Shown in pieces: positions 27,472 through 36,906 of a stretch of DNA of 64,000 bases; within the stretch, counting starts at the first letter, position 1; every line of letters starts with the position of its first letter. The position numbers and the translations under genes are program-made. The notes beneath the pieces are model-generated. The model was not told the DNA's origin, ran no database searches, and saw only the letters and a program-made list of their open reading frames with translations. The stretch is taken from positions 1-64,000 of IMG/VR virus record IMGVR_UViG_3300046781_000054. One strand, given 5' to 3'. The stretch is from a virus.

Positions 27472-28124
27472 GGCTGCGGGTGCTCCTTCGGCTGCTCGTT
27501 GTGGGCGCGGTCGTGGAGGCCGGCGGTGATCTGGTCGCGGGATAGGGGCTGGGTCTCGAGCGCGGAGGCTTCGGCGCGGCGGATGCCTTCGCGGAGCTGG
27601 AACACGGCCGGGGCCTTGGGGGCGGGCACGGGGGCGGTGCCGTGGTGGATGGCCTTGTTCCAGTCGTATTCGCGGCCGCCGTCGTCTCGGGTGGGCTGGG
27701 CGTGGACGGCGGTGCAGGTGCGGGTGAGGGTGCGGGCCTCGCGGAGGTCGGAGGCCGAGTTGATGGGCCAGCCGTGTATGGCGCCGTAGGGGCAGGCGAT
27801 GTGGGCGGTGAAGTGGCGGTCGGGGGCGGGGTTGTGGATGAGGAGGGTTCCGTCGGTGAGGTGGGCTTGGGAGCCGTTCCAGGCGCGGACGGGGATGGGG
27901 AGTTGGAGGGCGGCGGAGGCGAGGGCGGCTCGGACGGCGTACTGCTCGGTGGCGCTGAGCGGGCCGACGATGCCGGAGGGGCGTATGGGGAGGGGGTGTC
28001 GGAGGTCGACTGTGGTGCCGCGGTCAGGGGCCGGTGGGGTGGTCTTCTTCGCGGCGCGGGTTCGCTGCGGTGTGGCCGGGGTGGTTTTCTTGGCCGGGGT
28101 CTTTTTCGCGGTGCGTGTGCTCAC
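27468..28124 (-). CDS. hypothetical protein with Lys/Thr-rich N-terminus
   Basis: AKKTPAKK repeats. Confidence 0.7.
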   Translation of the reverse strand: MSTRTAKKTPAKKTTPATPQRTRAAKKTTPPAPDRGTTVDLRHPLPIRPSGIVGPLSATEQYAVRAALASAALQLPIPVRAWNGSQAHLTDGTLLIHNPAPDRHFTAHIACPYGAIHGWPINSASDLREARTLTRTCTAVHAQPTRDDGGREYDWNKAIHHGTAPVPAPKAPAVFQLREGIRRAEASALETQPLSRDQITAGLHDRAHNEQPKEHPQP

Positions 28125-28225
28125 GGTCGAGCTCCGATCGAGGGTGTGGCGGGGTGGTGCTCCGTCGGTTGTGGGGGTGGGTGATGAGGAGTGCTGTGGT
28201 GATGCCGAGGGCGAGGGCGATGCCG

Positions 28226-28678
28226 TCAGGCCACGTCACTGGCTCGGCCGAGGGCGTCGTCCAGGTCCCACAGGTCGATGCTGTGGTTGCCGTGGTCACG
28301 GGCGCGGTCGGCGAGGTCCCGCGCGGCGCTCAGGCGGCTCTCGGCGGCGTCGCGTTCGGCGCGGACCGCAGCCAACTCGGCGAGGAGAGTGGGCACGTCG
28401 GTGCGGGCGTGGGCGGTGAACTCGGCGTCGGCCTTGACCTGCTCCCAGTCCTCCTCGGCGGTCCACTCCGTGTGGGTGGGGTCGTTGTCGAGGGGCTCCT
28501 CGTCGAAACGGGCGATGCCTCGGCGGGCCTGGTAGCCGTGACCCGTGTCTTTGAGGTCGGCGGCGATCTCGAGGAGGCCTCCCCCGCCGAACTCGTACGT
28601 GCCCCACGGGCCCGGCGTTGCTGCGTCGACGCGGGTGGTGATCGCGGTTTCGTGCTGCGGTGAAAGGCGCTCGGTCAT
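28226..28678 (-). CDS. phage hypothetical protein
   Basis: AATPGPW...DAEFTAHARTDVPTLL common phage motif. Confidence 0.8.
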   Translation of the reverse strand: MTERLSPQHETAITTRVDAATPGPWGTYEFGGGGLLEIAADLKDTGHGYQARRGIARFDEEPLDNDPTHTEWTAEEDWEQVKADAEFTAHARTDVPTLLAELAAVRAERDAAESRLSAARDLADRARDHGNHSIDLWDLDDALGRASDVA

Positions 28679-28914
28679 CGCTGGGTCTCCTGCTTCTCGC
28701 GGAGGGCGGCGGTGACGCCGATCTGGTGGAGGTAGCCGTCGGCGTAGCCCTGGGCGTAGAGCGGGTCGTGGTCGTCGGCCATGGCGGCGCGGGCCATGGC
28801 GCGGCGGGCGGGCAGCTTCTCCAGGGCGGCGTACTCGCCGTCGGTGTAGCCGGTGTTGTACGAGTTGTCGCCGGGCTCGTCGGTCGGGACGGGGGCGATG
28901 GTCTGGATGGTCAT
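28675..28914 (-). CDS. hypothetical protein
   Basis: Y..GY.DG repeats. Confidence 0.7.
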   Translation of the reverse strand: MTIQTIAPVPTDEPGDNSYNTGYTDGEYAALEKLPARRAMARAAMADDHDPLYAQGYADGYLHQIGVTAALREKQETQR

Positions 28915-28935
28915 GGCGTCGAGTTCCGTTCCGGG

Positions 28936-29217
28936 TCAGTGGGTGTGGATGGGGGCGCCGTCGGATTCCAGGGCGAGGGCGTGGACGTGAATGGGGGTGC
29001 CGGTAATGAAGTCGGTGCTGGTGTGGAGGGTCCAGAGGCGGACACCGGGGCCTGCGTCCTGGCTGGTGGTGGTGCCGCCGAGTTCGGTCTGCCAGGCGGT
29101 GAGTTCATCGAAGCTGGCGGTGAAGACGTGTACGGCGTCGTCTTGGGCGGTGATGCGGGCGTGGGGCAGGTTGTGGTGATCGGCGGCGACTTCGACCCTG
29201 TCGGCGGTGGTGAGCAT
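28936..29217 (-). CDS. hypothetical protein
   Basis: GGGAG RBS. Confidence 0.65.
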   Translation of the reverse strand: MLTTADRVEVAADHHNLPHARITAQDDAVHVFTASFDELTAWQTELGGTTTSQDAGPGVRLWTLHTSTDFITGTPIHVHALALESDGAPIHTH

Positions 29218-29292
29218 GTGGGTCTCCCCCGGGGTGGGCACCCGGGAGCGGCGGCGTCGTGGTCCGGCCGCTCCCGGGGAGCTGGTGGTGGG

Positions 29293-29766
29293 TCAGGCGG
29301 TCTTGGTCATCGGTCCGAAGTCACGGACGATGAGCGGAGCCGACTCGCAGTGGCGGACGATGCTCGACCCGGCCGCCGGGGTGTCCTCGTCGGCGCGCTT
29401 GATGTGCTGGAAATCCAAGATCCCGCCGAGGAACCTCCACGTGTCGCCGTACCGGTCCAGGTACTTGCCGTGGTCCGTGAACTCCTCGCCGTCGACATTC
29501 ACGTAGACGTTCACCTCAGGCTCCGGCTCGTCGGTGATGTCGGTCCAAGTCCCGCCGCTGTTCCAGTCGTCGAAGGTGCGCGGGTTCGGCGTCCAGATCC
29601 ACGCGTCGTCGGCGGTCCGGAGCCTGCCGTGCCAGCCGTAGGCGCGGGGCTCACCGGTTCGCGGGTCGGTAGTGACCTCGGTGCAGTAGAAGCGGAACCG
29701 CTCGTAGCCACCGGGCCAGCCAGCGCGTGCGGCATAGATGCGGCCGGTTTCGAAGAAGGAAGTCAT
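29293..29766 (-). CDS. hypothetical protein
   Basis: GAGGA RBS. Confidence 0.7.
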   Translation of the reverse strand: MTSFFETGRIYAARAGWPGGYERFRFYCTEVTTDPRTGEPRAYGWHGRLRTADDAWIWTPNPRTFDDWNSGGTWTDITDEPEPEVNVYVNVDGEEFTDHGKYLDRYGDTWRFLGGILDFQHIKRADEDTPAAGSSIVRHCESAPLIVRDFGPMTKTA

Positions 29767-29782
29767 CAGGTGGTCCTCTGCC

Positions 29783-30145
29783 TCAGGTGATGGGGCGGGG
29801 GTGGTCGTGGCCGCAGGGCGGGCACTGGAGGGCGCTCAGGTTGCAGTCGGGGGCGTTGGGGGCGGTGACGACGACGCCAGGCTCGTGGGCGTCGAAGATG
29901 GCGCCGCAGCCGCAGCCCTCGGTGAGGCAGTCGCAGACGGCGATGTCGTGGGAGTCGGGGGCGGCCATGCCCGCGGTGTGGGCGGCTTCGTCCATGGCCT
30001 CGCGGTACGCCTGGCCGGTGCCGGCGTGGTCGGCGCGGTTCATCCAGTGGTCGAAGGCGTCGCGCTGGGCCTGCGTCAGCGACGTGTAGTCGGCGGCGAT
30101 GGGGAGGGTGACGGTCTGGATCGGGGCGTGCGTCATCACGGCCAC
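29783..30145 (-). CDS. Cys-rich hypothetical protein, first gene after conserved promoter
   Basis: CDC...CGC...CPPC. Confidence 0.7.
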   Translation of the reverse strand: MAVMTHAPIQTVTLPIAADYTSLTQAQRDAFDHWMNRADHAGTGQAYREAMDEAAHTAGMAAPDSHDIAVCDCLTEGCGCGAIFDAHEPGVVVTAPNAPDCNLSALQCPPCGHDHPRPIT

Positions 30146-30212
30146 GGCGGGCTCCGTTCAGCGCGAACTGGGGGTTGCCGCAGGTCAGTTGTGGTGCGGC
30201 GACGATGGAACT

Positions 30213-30244
30213 ACCGTAACCCATAACGCATTGCATAGCAATGG
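30213..30244 (-). promoter_or_regulatory. conserved promoter/operator, copy 3
   Basis: TTGCTA-TGCAATGCGTTATGGGT-TACGGT. Confidence 0.8.
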
Positions 30245-30264
30245 GTGCGCATGATGCGGGCATG

Positions 30265-30300
30265 AGAAAACCCCTCACCCGGGGTCCGGGGGTGAAGGGT
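30265..30300 (-). terminator. intrinsic terminator upstream of promoter copy 3
   Basis: hairpin followed by TTTTCT on minus strand. Confidence 0.55.
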
Positions 30301-30327
30301 CACAGGTGATGCGGTCGAGCCGGCCGG

Positions 30328-30546
30328 TCAGTCTCCGAGCATGTGGCGGGCATGCAGCTCAAGCAGCTCGCTGTCGGAATACCAGCCCTTCACGGACGTC
30401 AGCCCTGCCTGCTTCGCCCACCGTCTCATGGTGGACTCCGGCACGTGGTACCCCGTGGGGACCAGCAGGGCGCAGAACTCCCCGATGGTGACGGAGTCCT
30501 GGCGCCCGTCGGGGGTGGCGGTCGGACTGAGTGCGGCTGTGGCCAT
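30328..30546 (-). CDS. small HTH protein (MerR/excisionase-like)
   Basis: VTIGEFCALL...VPESTMRRWAKQ. Confidence 0.65.
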   Translation of the reverse strand: MATAALSPTATPDGRQDSVTIGEFCALLVPTGYHVPESTMRRWAKQAGLTSVKGWYSDSELLELHARHMLGD

Positions 30547-30672
30547 GGTGCGGCCTCCCAGATCGACGGCGTGCAGGTTCGCAGCTGACCGACGCCGATA
30601 CGGGACCGGACCTGGCTGGCCCGGTGGTGGATTCAGTTGTGGACTTGCTACCTACGACTCGTCACACGGGCA

Positions 30673-31224
30673 TCAGGTTGCACGTGCGGCGAGTCTTTCC
30701 TGGCGCTCGATGTGCTCGTGGGCCAGGTGTGCGAGCGTCCAGGTGGATGCCCGCCCGTCGGGGGTGCGGCAGTTGTGGTTGCGGCACACCGCGCGCTGGA
30801 CGGCGTCGCGCCAGTGGAGGCCGACGGTGCCGCAGCCGGGGCAGCGGTGCCGGCGGACGACTTGGGCGTCGCCCGTCATCGTCGCGTGCTCCAGGTACTG
30901 CCGGTAGATGATCGTGTCGCGGCGCCGCTTGGCCGTGTCGTCGTCCGTGGCGGTGTTGCGGACGCACCAGTCGTAGACCGCGGCCGCGGTGTGGGGCAGC
31001 GGTTCGAGGGTGCCGGGCGATTCGGCGTGCATGTAGTCGCGGATCTCGCGGACGGACGCGTCGATGTGGGAGACCGTGTCGATGTTGAGGGGTGCGGTGT
31101 TCTCGATGCTGCGGACGGGGGCGGTGCGGCCGGTGCGGCGGCCGGCGGGGAGTTCCACGAAGTGCTGGACGAGCTTGGTGAGTTGCGAGGCTGCTTGTGC
31201 TGCTGCGCTGTCCGTGTTCTCCAT
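30673..31224 (-). CDS. Zn-finger hypothetical protein
   Basis: CPGCG...VCRNHNC. Confidence 0.75.
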   Translation of the reverse strand: MENTDSAAAQAASQLTKLVQHFVELPAGRRTGRTAPVRSIENTAPLNIDTVSHIDASVREIRDYMHAESPGTLEPLPHTAAAVYDWCVRNTATDDDTAKRRRDTIIYRQYLEHATMTGDAQVVRRHRCPGCGTVGLHWRDAVQRAVCRNHNCRTPDGRASTWTLAHLAHEHIERQERLAARAT

Positions 31225-31461
31225 GGGCTTGTCCCCGTCCCCTGGCGGCCGCCCCCGGGTGCGCGGGGCGTCCGTACTGGGTGCGGGGCGCGCGCCGGGT
31301 GGGCCGGATTCTGTTACTCCCGGTGATTCCGGACGCCCCACTATGGCACTTGTGGGGCGGAAGTTGAACAGAATGTGGTAGATGATCAGCTCTGGGTGGC
31401 TGGTCTTCACATCTGACGTCCGGTCAAACGGTAAGAACCCCCGGCATATGCCGGGCGATCT

Positions 31462-31875
31462 TCACTGGTCGGTCACCAATCCTGCCGCGCGCCGCGCCCC
31501 CTCCAGCAGTCCTGCCAGCTGTGTCTGCTGCGCCTCGTCGACGATGCCCTGCGCGCCCGCGCCGGCCGTGACCTTCGCGGCGATCCCCATGGCGACGTCG
31601 AACGCGGCCCGCGTCCGCGGGTCGGTCAGGCTCATGTGCTCCGCGTTGTAGGTGAGTTCGATCATCTCGGCGAGCGGCCGCAGGATCGCTTCGTCACCGC
31701 GGCCGGGGTCCGGGCCGGAGTCTGGGTGGTGGGGTTGTGCTGGGCTGGTCATGTCGTGTCCCCCGCTGCGAAAGGGCCGGCTGACGCGTGGTGTGAGTGG
31801 GATGATCCGGGCGCTGGTCGGGGCGCCGGAGTCGTTCCTTCCGTCCATCGGTGGGACGGGTTCGGCTGAGGGCAT
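31462..31875 (-). CDS. hypothetical protein (start uncertain, 31875 or 31752)
   Basis: codon bias in the 3' part. Confidence 0.6.
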   Translation of the reverse strand: MPSAEPVPPMDGRNDSGAPTSARIIPLTPRVSRPFRSGGHDMTSPAQPHHPDSGPDPGRGDEAILRPLAEMIELTYNAEHMSLTDPRTRAAFDVAMGIAAKVTAGAGAQGIVDEAQQTQLAGLLEGARRAAGLVTDQ

Positions 31876-32436
31876 GGGGCGTCTCCGCTCCTCTGGCAGG
31901 GAGTGGGAAGGGTCCTCGTCACGCCGGTGTCGCAGGTCACCGGCCCCTTTCTCGCGGGCGCGGCTGCCAGTCCACACGCGCGAGGCTGCCACTGTGGCAG
32001 GAGAGGGGCCTGGCTCGGTAGACGCATCGGCGTTTTCACACCGAATCGTTGGCCAAAGGTGGCGGCTTTCGGCCTTGGCTGCTATCAGCCGGGGTGGTGA
32101 CGGTGTGTCACACGCGGAAGGGTGCGGCCCGGGTGCGGGCGGCGGGGGCGGGCATGCCCGTCCGATGACGGGGATTGTAGGCCGGGACGCCGCCACGGGG
32201 GAAGGGGTGTGCCGTGGTGCACCAGCCCGGGGTCCGGGGGCTGGTGGGGCGCCGGGCTGCGAGGCCCGTGGGGGTCCCGGCGCCCCGCACCGCGGGGCCC
32301 GCGCGGCCACCCGCACGGCCCGTCTAGGGCATCGTAGATATATGCATGTTGGAAGCCTTGGGCAACGGATTCACTCCTCTGGGTGACTCATAAACCCTGT
32401 CAATAAGCGGGTTTTCGACTGGAGTTGACCGGAAAC

Positions 32437-32487
32437 GAAAAGAGGGCCCCGCTCCCCCACCGGCTGGTGGTTCAGAGCGGGGCCCTC
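32437..32487 (-). terminator. terminator after parB
   Basis: GAGGGCCCCGCTC/GAGCGGGGCCCTC stem plus T run. Confidence 0.7.
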
Positions 32488-32503
32488 GCGTCGGTCAGAC
32501 GGC

Positions 32504-33604
32504 CTAGGAGACCGTGGTGAGGAGTTCCTTGAGTTGTTCGTCGTTGCGCTCCGCGGCCTGCTTGAACAGGTAGGAGAGCAGCGTGAAGAACTCCGGGTCG
32601 GCAACACGTTCCCGAATCAGCCGTGCCACATACCCGGGCTGATCCCATGGGACGGGCCGAGCGTTCTGCTCCGCGGTCGTCTGCTCCTCAATCTCTGGAG
32701 CAGACGACAGCTCTTGCCCCTCCGCGTCCGGGGCAGGATGCTCGGTCCGCTGCTCGGGAAGCCCCTCCCCTGCTCCGCCAGCCGCTGCGGCGCCCGCGTT
32801 CAAAACGGCGTTTTGAACAGCACCGGCCCCCGCGTCGGGTTCCGACGCAGGCGCGGGGGACTCGGTCTTCAAAACGGCGTTTTGAGAAGCTGCCTTCTTA
32901 CGAGGCTTCGGCGTCTTCGCCGCCGCCTTGATCGCCTCAACCTGGGCGCGCTGCTCCTCAGGCTTCTTGGATGCCAGACCGCGGACCTGACTCGGCTTGA
33001 CCGCGCCGGCCTCCAGCTCGGCCCTCACCTCGTCGTCGAGCTTGAGGAGAGCGAGCCGGTGCGAGACGTACATCTGCGTCTTGCCGATGCGTCGTCCGAC
33101 CTCTTCCTGGCTGCCGTGCTTCTCCACCATCCGCTTCAGGAACTCGGCCTCCTTGATGGGGTCGATCTGCTTGCGGTGGATGTTCTCGATGATGACGGCG
33201 TCGTCGAGCTGGTCGTCTTCGCCGAGCCGGTCCTGGACGCGGATGTCGATGCGGGTCCAGCCGAGCTGGCGGGCGGCTGCCAGGCGGCGGTTGCCGGTAA
33301 CGACGATCCAGTCGGCGCCCTCAACAGCCTTGGCGAGCTCGGGCTTGGACATCACGTAGCGGGCGTGGGAGACGACCGCGAGCGGTTGCAGCTGTCCGAC
33401 CTCGCGCATGGTGTCCATGAGTTCGGCGAACTCAGGGTCCGCGTCGGTGTAGTCGTCGGCCAGACGGGGGTTCTCCGGGTTGCCGGTGATGGTGTGCATG
33501 AGCACGGTGGTCGGCGGTGCGACCGGCTTGTCGTCCGGTGTAGCGGTGGTTGCCTTGTCGTCCTTGCCGAGCAGGCTTGTGAAGCTCTTTTGCCTGTTGG
33601 ACAT
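32504..33604 (-). CDS. parB: ParB partition protein
   Basis: NPENPR...GQLQPL...GNRRLAAA...ENIHRKQI; HTH SQEEVGRRIGKTQMYVSHRL. Confidence 0.93.
   Translation of the reverse strand: MSNRQKSFTSLLGKDDKATTATPDDKPVAPPTTVLMHTITGNPENPRLADDYTDADPEFAELMDTMREVGQLQPLAVVSHARYVMSKPELAKAVEGADWIVVTGNRRLAAARQLGWTRIDIRVQDRLGEDDQLDDAVIIENIHRKQIDPIKEAEFLKRMVEKHGSQEEVGRRIGKTQMYVSHRLALLKLDDEVRAELEAGAVKPSQVRGLASKKPEEQRAQVEAIKAAAKTPKPRKKAASQNAVLKTESPAPASEPDAGAGAVQNAVLNAGAAAAGGAGEGLPEQRTEHPAPDAEGQELSSAPEIEEQTTAEQNARPVPWDQPGYVARLIRERVADPEFFTLLSYLFKQAAERNDEQLKELLTTVS
32798..32818. promoter_or_regulatory. parS-like palindrome 1 (inside parB)
   Basis: GTTCAAAACG-G-CGTTTTGAAC. Confidence 0.75.
32868..32885. promoter_or_regulatory. 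parS-like palindrome 2 (inside parB)
   Basis: TTCAAAACGGCGTTTTGA. Confidence 0.75.
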
Positions 33605-34335
33605 CAGCGGCCCTTCCTTCCGGCGCCGATCTCCAGGGCGAGCTTGTAGAAGTCCTCGCGGGCTTCCATCGCTACTCGGTTCTTCTTGTAGCGGGTGACG
33701 ACGAGACCTTCGACCGCCGCCCTCGTGTGGATCTTGTAGTGTCGGATGACGGTCTTGGCGAGGTTCCAGCCGTTGCCGAGAACGTACGCTCTGGTGTCTT
33801 CAAGGTCTGCCGTGCCGTCGCGGGGGTCCCAGTTGTTGATGACGACCCAGTACTGCTTGCCGAGGGGGCGGACGACCTGCTCGATGGTGTCGCGGGTGGG
33901 GATGAAGCCGAGCGGCTCGGGTTCGATGGGGACGATGATGTCGTCGGCGACTGTGAGCACGGCGCGCATGGCGTCGGCGGCGGCGCTCTTGCCGAACGGG
34001 TCGCCTGCTTGCTCTTGTTCGTCCTCGGGGAGGTCCATCCACCCGGGGGTGTCGATGAACGCGTGCTTGATCTTCTTGGACTTCTTCAGCTCGGGGAAGA
34101 AGTCGAGGTCCTTGCGTGTCTTGGTCTGCACGAACGAGAACGGCAGGTCGTCGCCTACCTGCTCGGACCACCACGTGGCCGACCCCTGCGGGTCGCTGGA
34201 TACCGCGACGACGTAGTCGGGGTCGTCGGCGGGGGACTCGCCGAGCACTTCGGCGGTGGTGGCGGATGTGTTCACGGTGAGGGTCGACTTGCCGACCCCG
34301 CCCTTGCGGTTAACGACCGCAGTGATGCGTGCCAT
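33604..34335 (-). CDS. parA: ParA partition ATPase
   Basis: deviant Walker A KGGVGKST; DPQGS; IDTP. Confidence 0.95.
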   Translation of the reverse strand: MARITAVVNRKGGVGKSTLTVNTSATTAEVLGESPADDPDYVVAVSSDPQGSATWWSEQVGDDLPFSFVQTKTRKDLDFFPELKKSKKIKHAFIDTPGWMDLPEDEQEQAGDPFGKSAAADAMRAVLTVADDIIVPIEPEPLGFIPTRDTIEQVVRPLGKQYWVVINNWDPRDGTADLEDTRAYVLGNGWNLAKTVIRHYKIHTRAAVEGLVVTRYKKNRVAMEAREDFYKLALEIGAGRKGR

Positions 34336-34461
34336 GGGTTGTTGCTCCGTAGGTTCCGTATGATTCCCGGCCCTTTGTGAGGCCGGTACTTCGGACCGGG
34401 ACAGCATGGCACGGCAGGCAGGGGAGGGACTGGACGGGGCACGGTGCGTCGCTCATGCGGG

Positions 34462-34480
34462 TTCAAAACGCCGTTTTGAA
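34462..34480. promoter_or_regulatory. parS-like palindrome 3 (upstream of parA)
   Basis: TTCAAAACGCCGTTTTGAA. Confidence 0.75.
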
Positions 34481-34481
34481 G

Positions 34482-34655
34482 TCAGCCGTCGTCGTCTTCG
34501 CCCGCGGGGGCGAGCCGGTCCCACAGTTGCGTGAGCGTCAGGCCGCCCTCGTAGGCCGGTTCCTGGAACAGGCCCTGGTACGGGATGCGCGGCAGCTGCG
34601 GGCGCGGGCGGATGGTGGTGACGGGCCGGCGGGGTGGTGCAGCGGGTGTGGTCAT
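34482..34655 (-). CDS. small hypothetical protein
   Basis: GGAG RBS, 57 aa. Confidence 0.45.
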   Translation of the reverse strand: MTTPAAPPRRPVTTIRPRPQLPRIPYQGLFQEPAYEGGLTLTQLWDRLAPAGEDDDG

Positions 34656-34670
34656 CGTCGGCTCCAGGGA

Positions 34671-34856
34671 TCAGGCGGCGAACGTGTAGGCGGGGCGCAG
34701 GGCGCGGATGTGGGTGTCGAGCCAGGCCCGTTCGGATTCCTCCTGGGCACGGTGCCAGGCTTCGCGTTCCTCGTCGGTGAGGCTGCGCGGGTCGACGTCC
34801 AGGTCCTCAAGCACGGTGGTGGCTCCGTCCGGTTGGTGCAGTGGATCGGTGATCAC
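34671..34856 (-). CDS. small hypothetical protein
   Basis: codon bias. Confidence 0.5.
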   Translation of the reverse strand: MITDPLHQPDGATTVLEDLDVDPRSLTDEEREAWHRAQEESERAWLDTHIRALRPAYTFAA

Positions 34857-34894
34857 AGTGCCTGAGATTTAGGGAACTGTTCCCTCCGCTCCGC

Positions 34895-35677
34895 TCAGGC
34901 GACGTCGAAGGCGCGTCGTGCGGGAGCCGGCCCGTTCTTCTCCTCGCCGCGCTTGAACGCGAGGGCGGCCTGGCGGGCGCGTTCGCTCTCCTTGTGGCGT
35001 TGGGCCGCCTCGTCGGGTGTCTCCAGCTGGCGGACGGTGGTGTCGCCGGGTAGACGGTGGGCGCGCAGGGCGGCGTCCTGGCGGGCGATCGCGGCGATGA
35101 GGTAGGGGTCGGTGGGTCCGTGTTCGGGCCGGTGGTCGAGGTGGGCCTGGAGGGCGTGCTGGTAGCCGGGTGAGGCGGTCGCGCGGGTCTTCGGTTCCGG
35201 CAGAACCGGTGCCGCTGCCGAGACGTCGGGCCGCTCGTCCGCTGCGGGCGTGGCGCCTGGCGGGAGGATCCGCAGAGCGCGGACCACGCTCTGCCCGGTC
35301 TTCTCCCAGATTCGGGCGAGGATCTGCCGCTGGAACATCCGTAGCTGTGTCGCGTACGCGGCGGAGAGGGGCTGCAGGTACAGGATGCCGGTGTCGTGGG
35401 TGAAGCGGGTCGCGTACACCTTGTCTGCAAGCTCGGGGGCGATCTGCGGCCACTGGTCGAGGATGCTGCCGCCTTCCTCGGGTGGTTCCCAGCCGCGTTC
35501 GTCCATCATCTGTCCGATGACTGCGGACAGGCCTTGCGGGTCGCGGCGGCCGGTGCGCTGCACGGTCTTCCGGGTGGGCTTCTTCGCCTTGGTGGTCGGC
35601 TGGGTTTTTGCGTGGGCGCGGGCGGCGGCGAGTGCGGCGCGGGCCAGGTCGGCGCCGGAGGGTGTGGGTTCGCTCAT
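34895..35677 (-). CDS. DciA/DUF721 family helicase-loading protein
   Basis: RRDPQGLSAVI..MMDERGW...WPQIAPELAD...SAAYATQLR...ILARI. Confidence 0.85.
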   Translation of the reverse strand: MSEPTPSGADLARAALAAARAHAKTQPTTKAKKPTRKTVQRTGRRDPQGLSAVIGQMMDERGWEPPEEGGSILDQWPQIAPELADKVYATRFTHDTGILYLQPLSAAYATQLRMFQRQILARIWEKTGQSVVRALRILPPGATPAADERPDVSAAAPVLPEPKTRATASPGYQHALQAHLDHRPEHGPTDPYLIAAIARQDAALRAHRLPGDTTVRQLETPDEAAQRHKESERARQAALAFKRGEEKNGPAPARRAFDVA

Positions 35678-36906
35678 GCAGGGCTCCCGTTGAGGAAGGC
35701 GAGGATGTCGGCCTCGGCGCCCGACTCGCTGCTGGCGGCGTCGGGGGTGTGGTTGAGGTTGTCCCAGCCTCGCGCCCGGCACGTGGCCTCGTAGGCGGCC
35801 TCTCCCTGCCGCAGCGCGGCCATGAGGTCGAGTCGGACACCGACGGGGGCAGTGAACGCGCCGGCGGCCGGGTTCTCCAGCTCAAACCGTTCGGCAGCAG
35901 CGGCCTGCAGGTCGGCGTGCTTCTGCTGGGCCTCGAGGGCGGTGGAGATGTAGGCGGCAGGGTTGCGGGGCCGCCAGTTGCCGCCGGGGTGCATTCCGTG
36001 GAGGTATTCGGCGATGCCGTACGCGTCGAGGCCGCGGTCGATGAGCGGCCGCAGCGCGAAGGCGAGTCGGCGCAGGCCCTCCGTCTGGGTCCAGTTCACC
36101 AGGGGCCTCACCTGCCGGGCGACCGTCACGTCCTTGGCGACCTGGAGGGGGCTGCGCCTCCCGCTGCTGCGGTTCTTCTTCGACGACTGGGTGGGGGACT
36201 GGCTGCTGCGCGCCGCCTGCGGGGTGTAGTTGCTCTTTTCCCCACCCTCTACCTTCAGCTTTCCCTCTTCTCTAACCAGGGTGAGGGAAGGGGTGACACG
36301 GCCCCCATCGGCACCCGAGTTATCCACAGGGGTCGTTTGGGCCGGGATCCGGGGTCGCTGGTCGACGATGATGCGGGCCTCGTAGCCCTCACCGACGACC
36401 TGGTGCCCCATCGCGTGGTCGTACACGGGCGGGGTGACCGCCCCGTACACGGTGGCGGTGCCTGCGTAGCCGCCCAGGCCGAGCGTGCGGCGGATGTTGG
36501 CGCGGGTGCCGTGCTCGACCCACACGAGGGCCCCGAGCTCGCGGAGGTAGGCGATGTGGCGCTGCAACTGGCGCAGGGACAGGCCGAGTCGGGCGGCGGT
36601 GTCGTGCTGGGCGTAGCGGACATGCCCGGTGTCGTAGTCCATGCGGTCGGCGAGGTCGTGGGCGACGCGTTGCGTGGTGGCGTTCGCGCGGGGGTGCAGG
36701 CCGGCTGCGATCAGCCATTCCACCGCGCGACGCCACCGCCGCGGGCCGCTGCGGCGCGACTTGGTGGCGTGCACCTCCTGGCAGGCGCCGCGCACGAGAG
36801 CGACCTGACCTGCACTGTAATAGATCTTCTGTTCGAATTCGATGTTGGGGGCGTGTGTGTCGTAAGGGGGTTTGGTGCACTGGGTGTCACCCGGGCGCGG
36901 GAACAT
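35674..36906 (-). CDS. plasmid-type replication initiator (wHTH); start uncertain
   Basis: DLADRMDYDTGHVRY...TAARLGLSLRQLQRHIAYLRELGAL; coupled to DciA and next to parAB. Confidence 0.75.
   Translation of the reverse strand: MFPRPGDTQCTKPPYDTHAPNIEFEQKIYYSAGQVALVRGACQEVHATKSRRSGPRRWRRAVEWLIAAGLHPRANATTQRVAHDLADRMDYDTGHVRYAQHDTAARLGLSLRQLQRHIAYLRELGALVWVEHGTRANIRRTLGLGGYAGTATVYGAVTPPVYDHAMGHQVVGEGYEARIIVDQRPRIPAQTTPVDNSGADGGRVTPSLTLVREEGKLKVEGGEKSNYTPQAARSSQSPTQSSKKNRSSGRRSPLQVAKDVTVARQVRPLVNWTQTEGLRRLAFALRPLIDRGLDAYGIAEYLHGMHPGGNWRPRNPAAYISTALEAQQKHADLQAAAAERFELENPAAGAFTAPVGVRLDLMAALRQGEAAYEATCRARGWDNLNHTPDAASSESGAEADILAFLNGSPA

Noticed and set aside
28024-28299. Small hydrophobic ORF
   Set aside because: Overlaps both neighbours extensively; support too weak.
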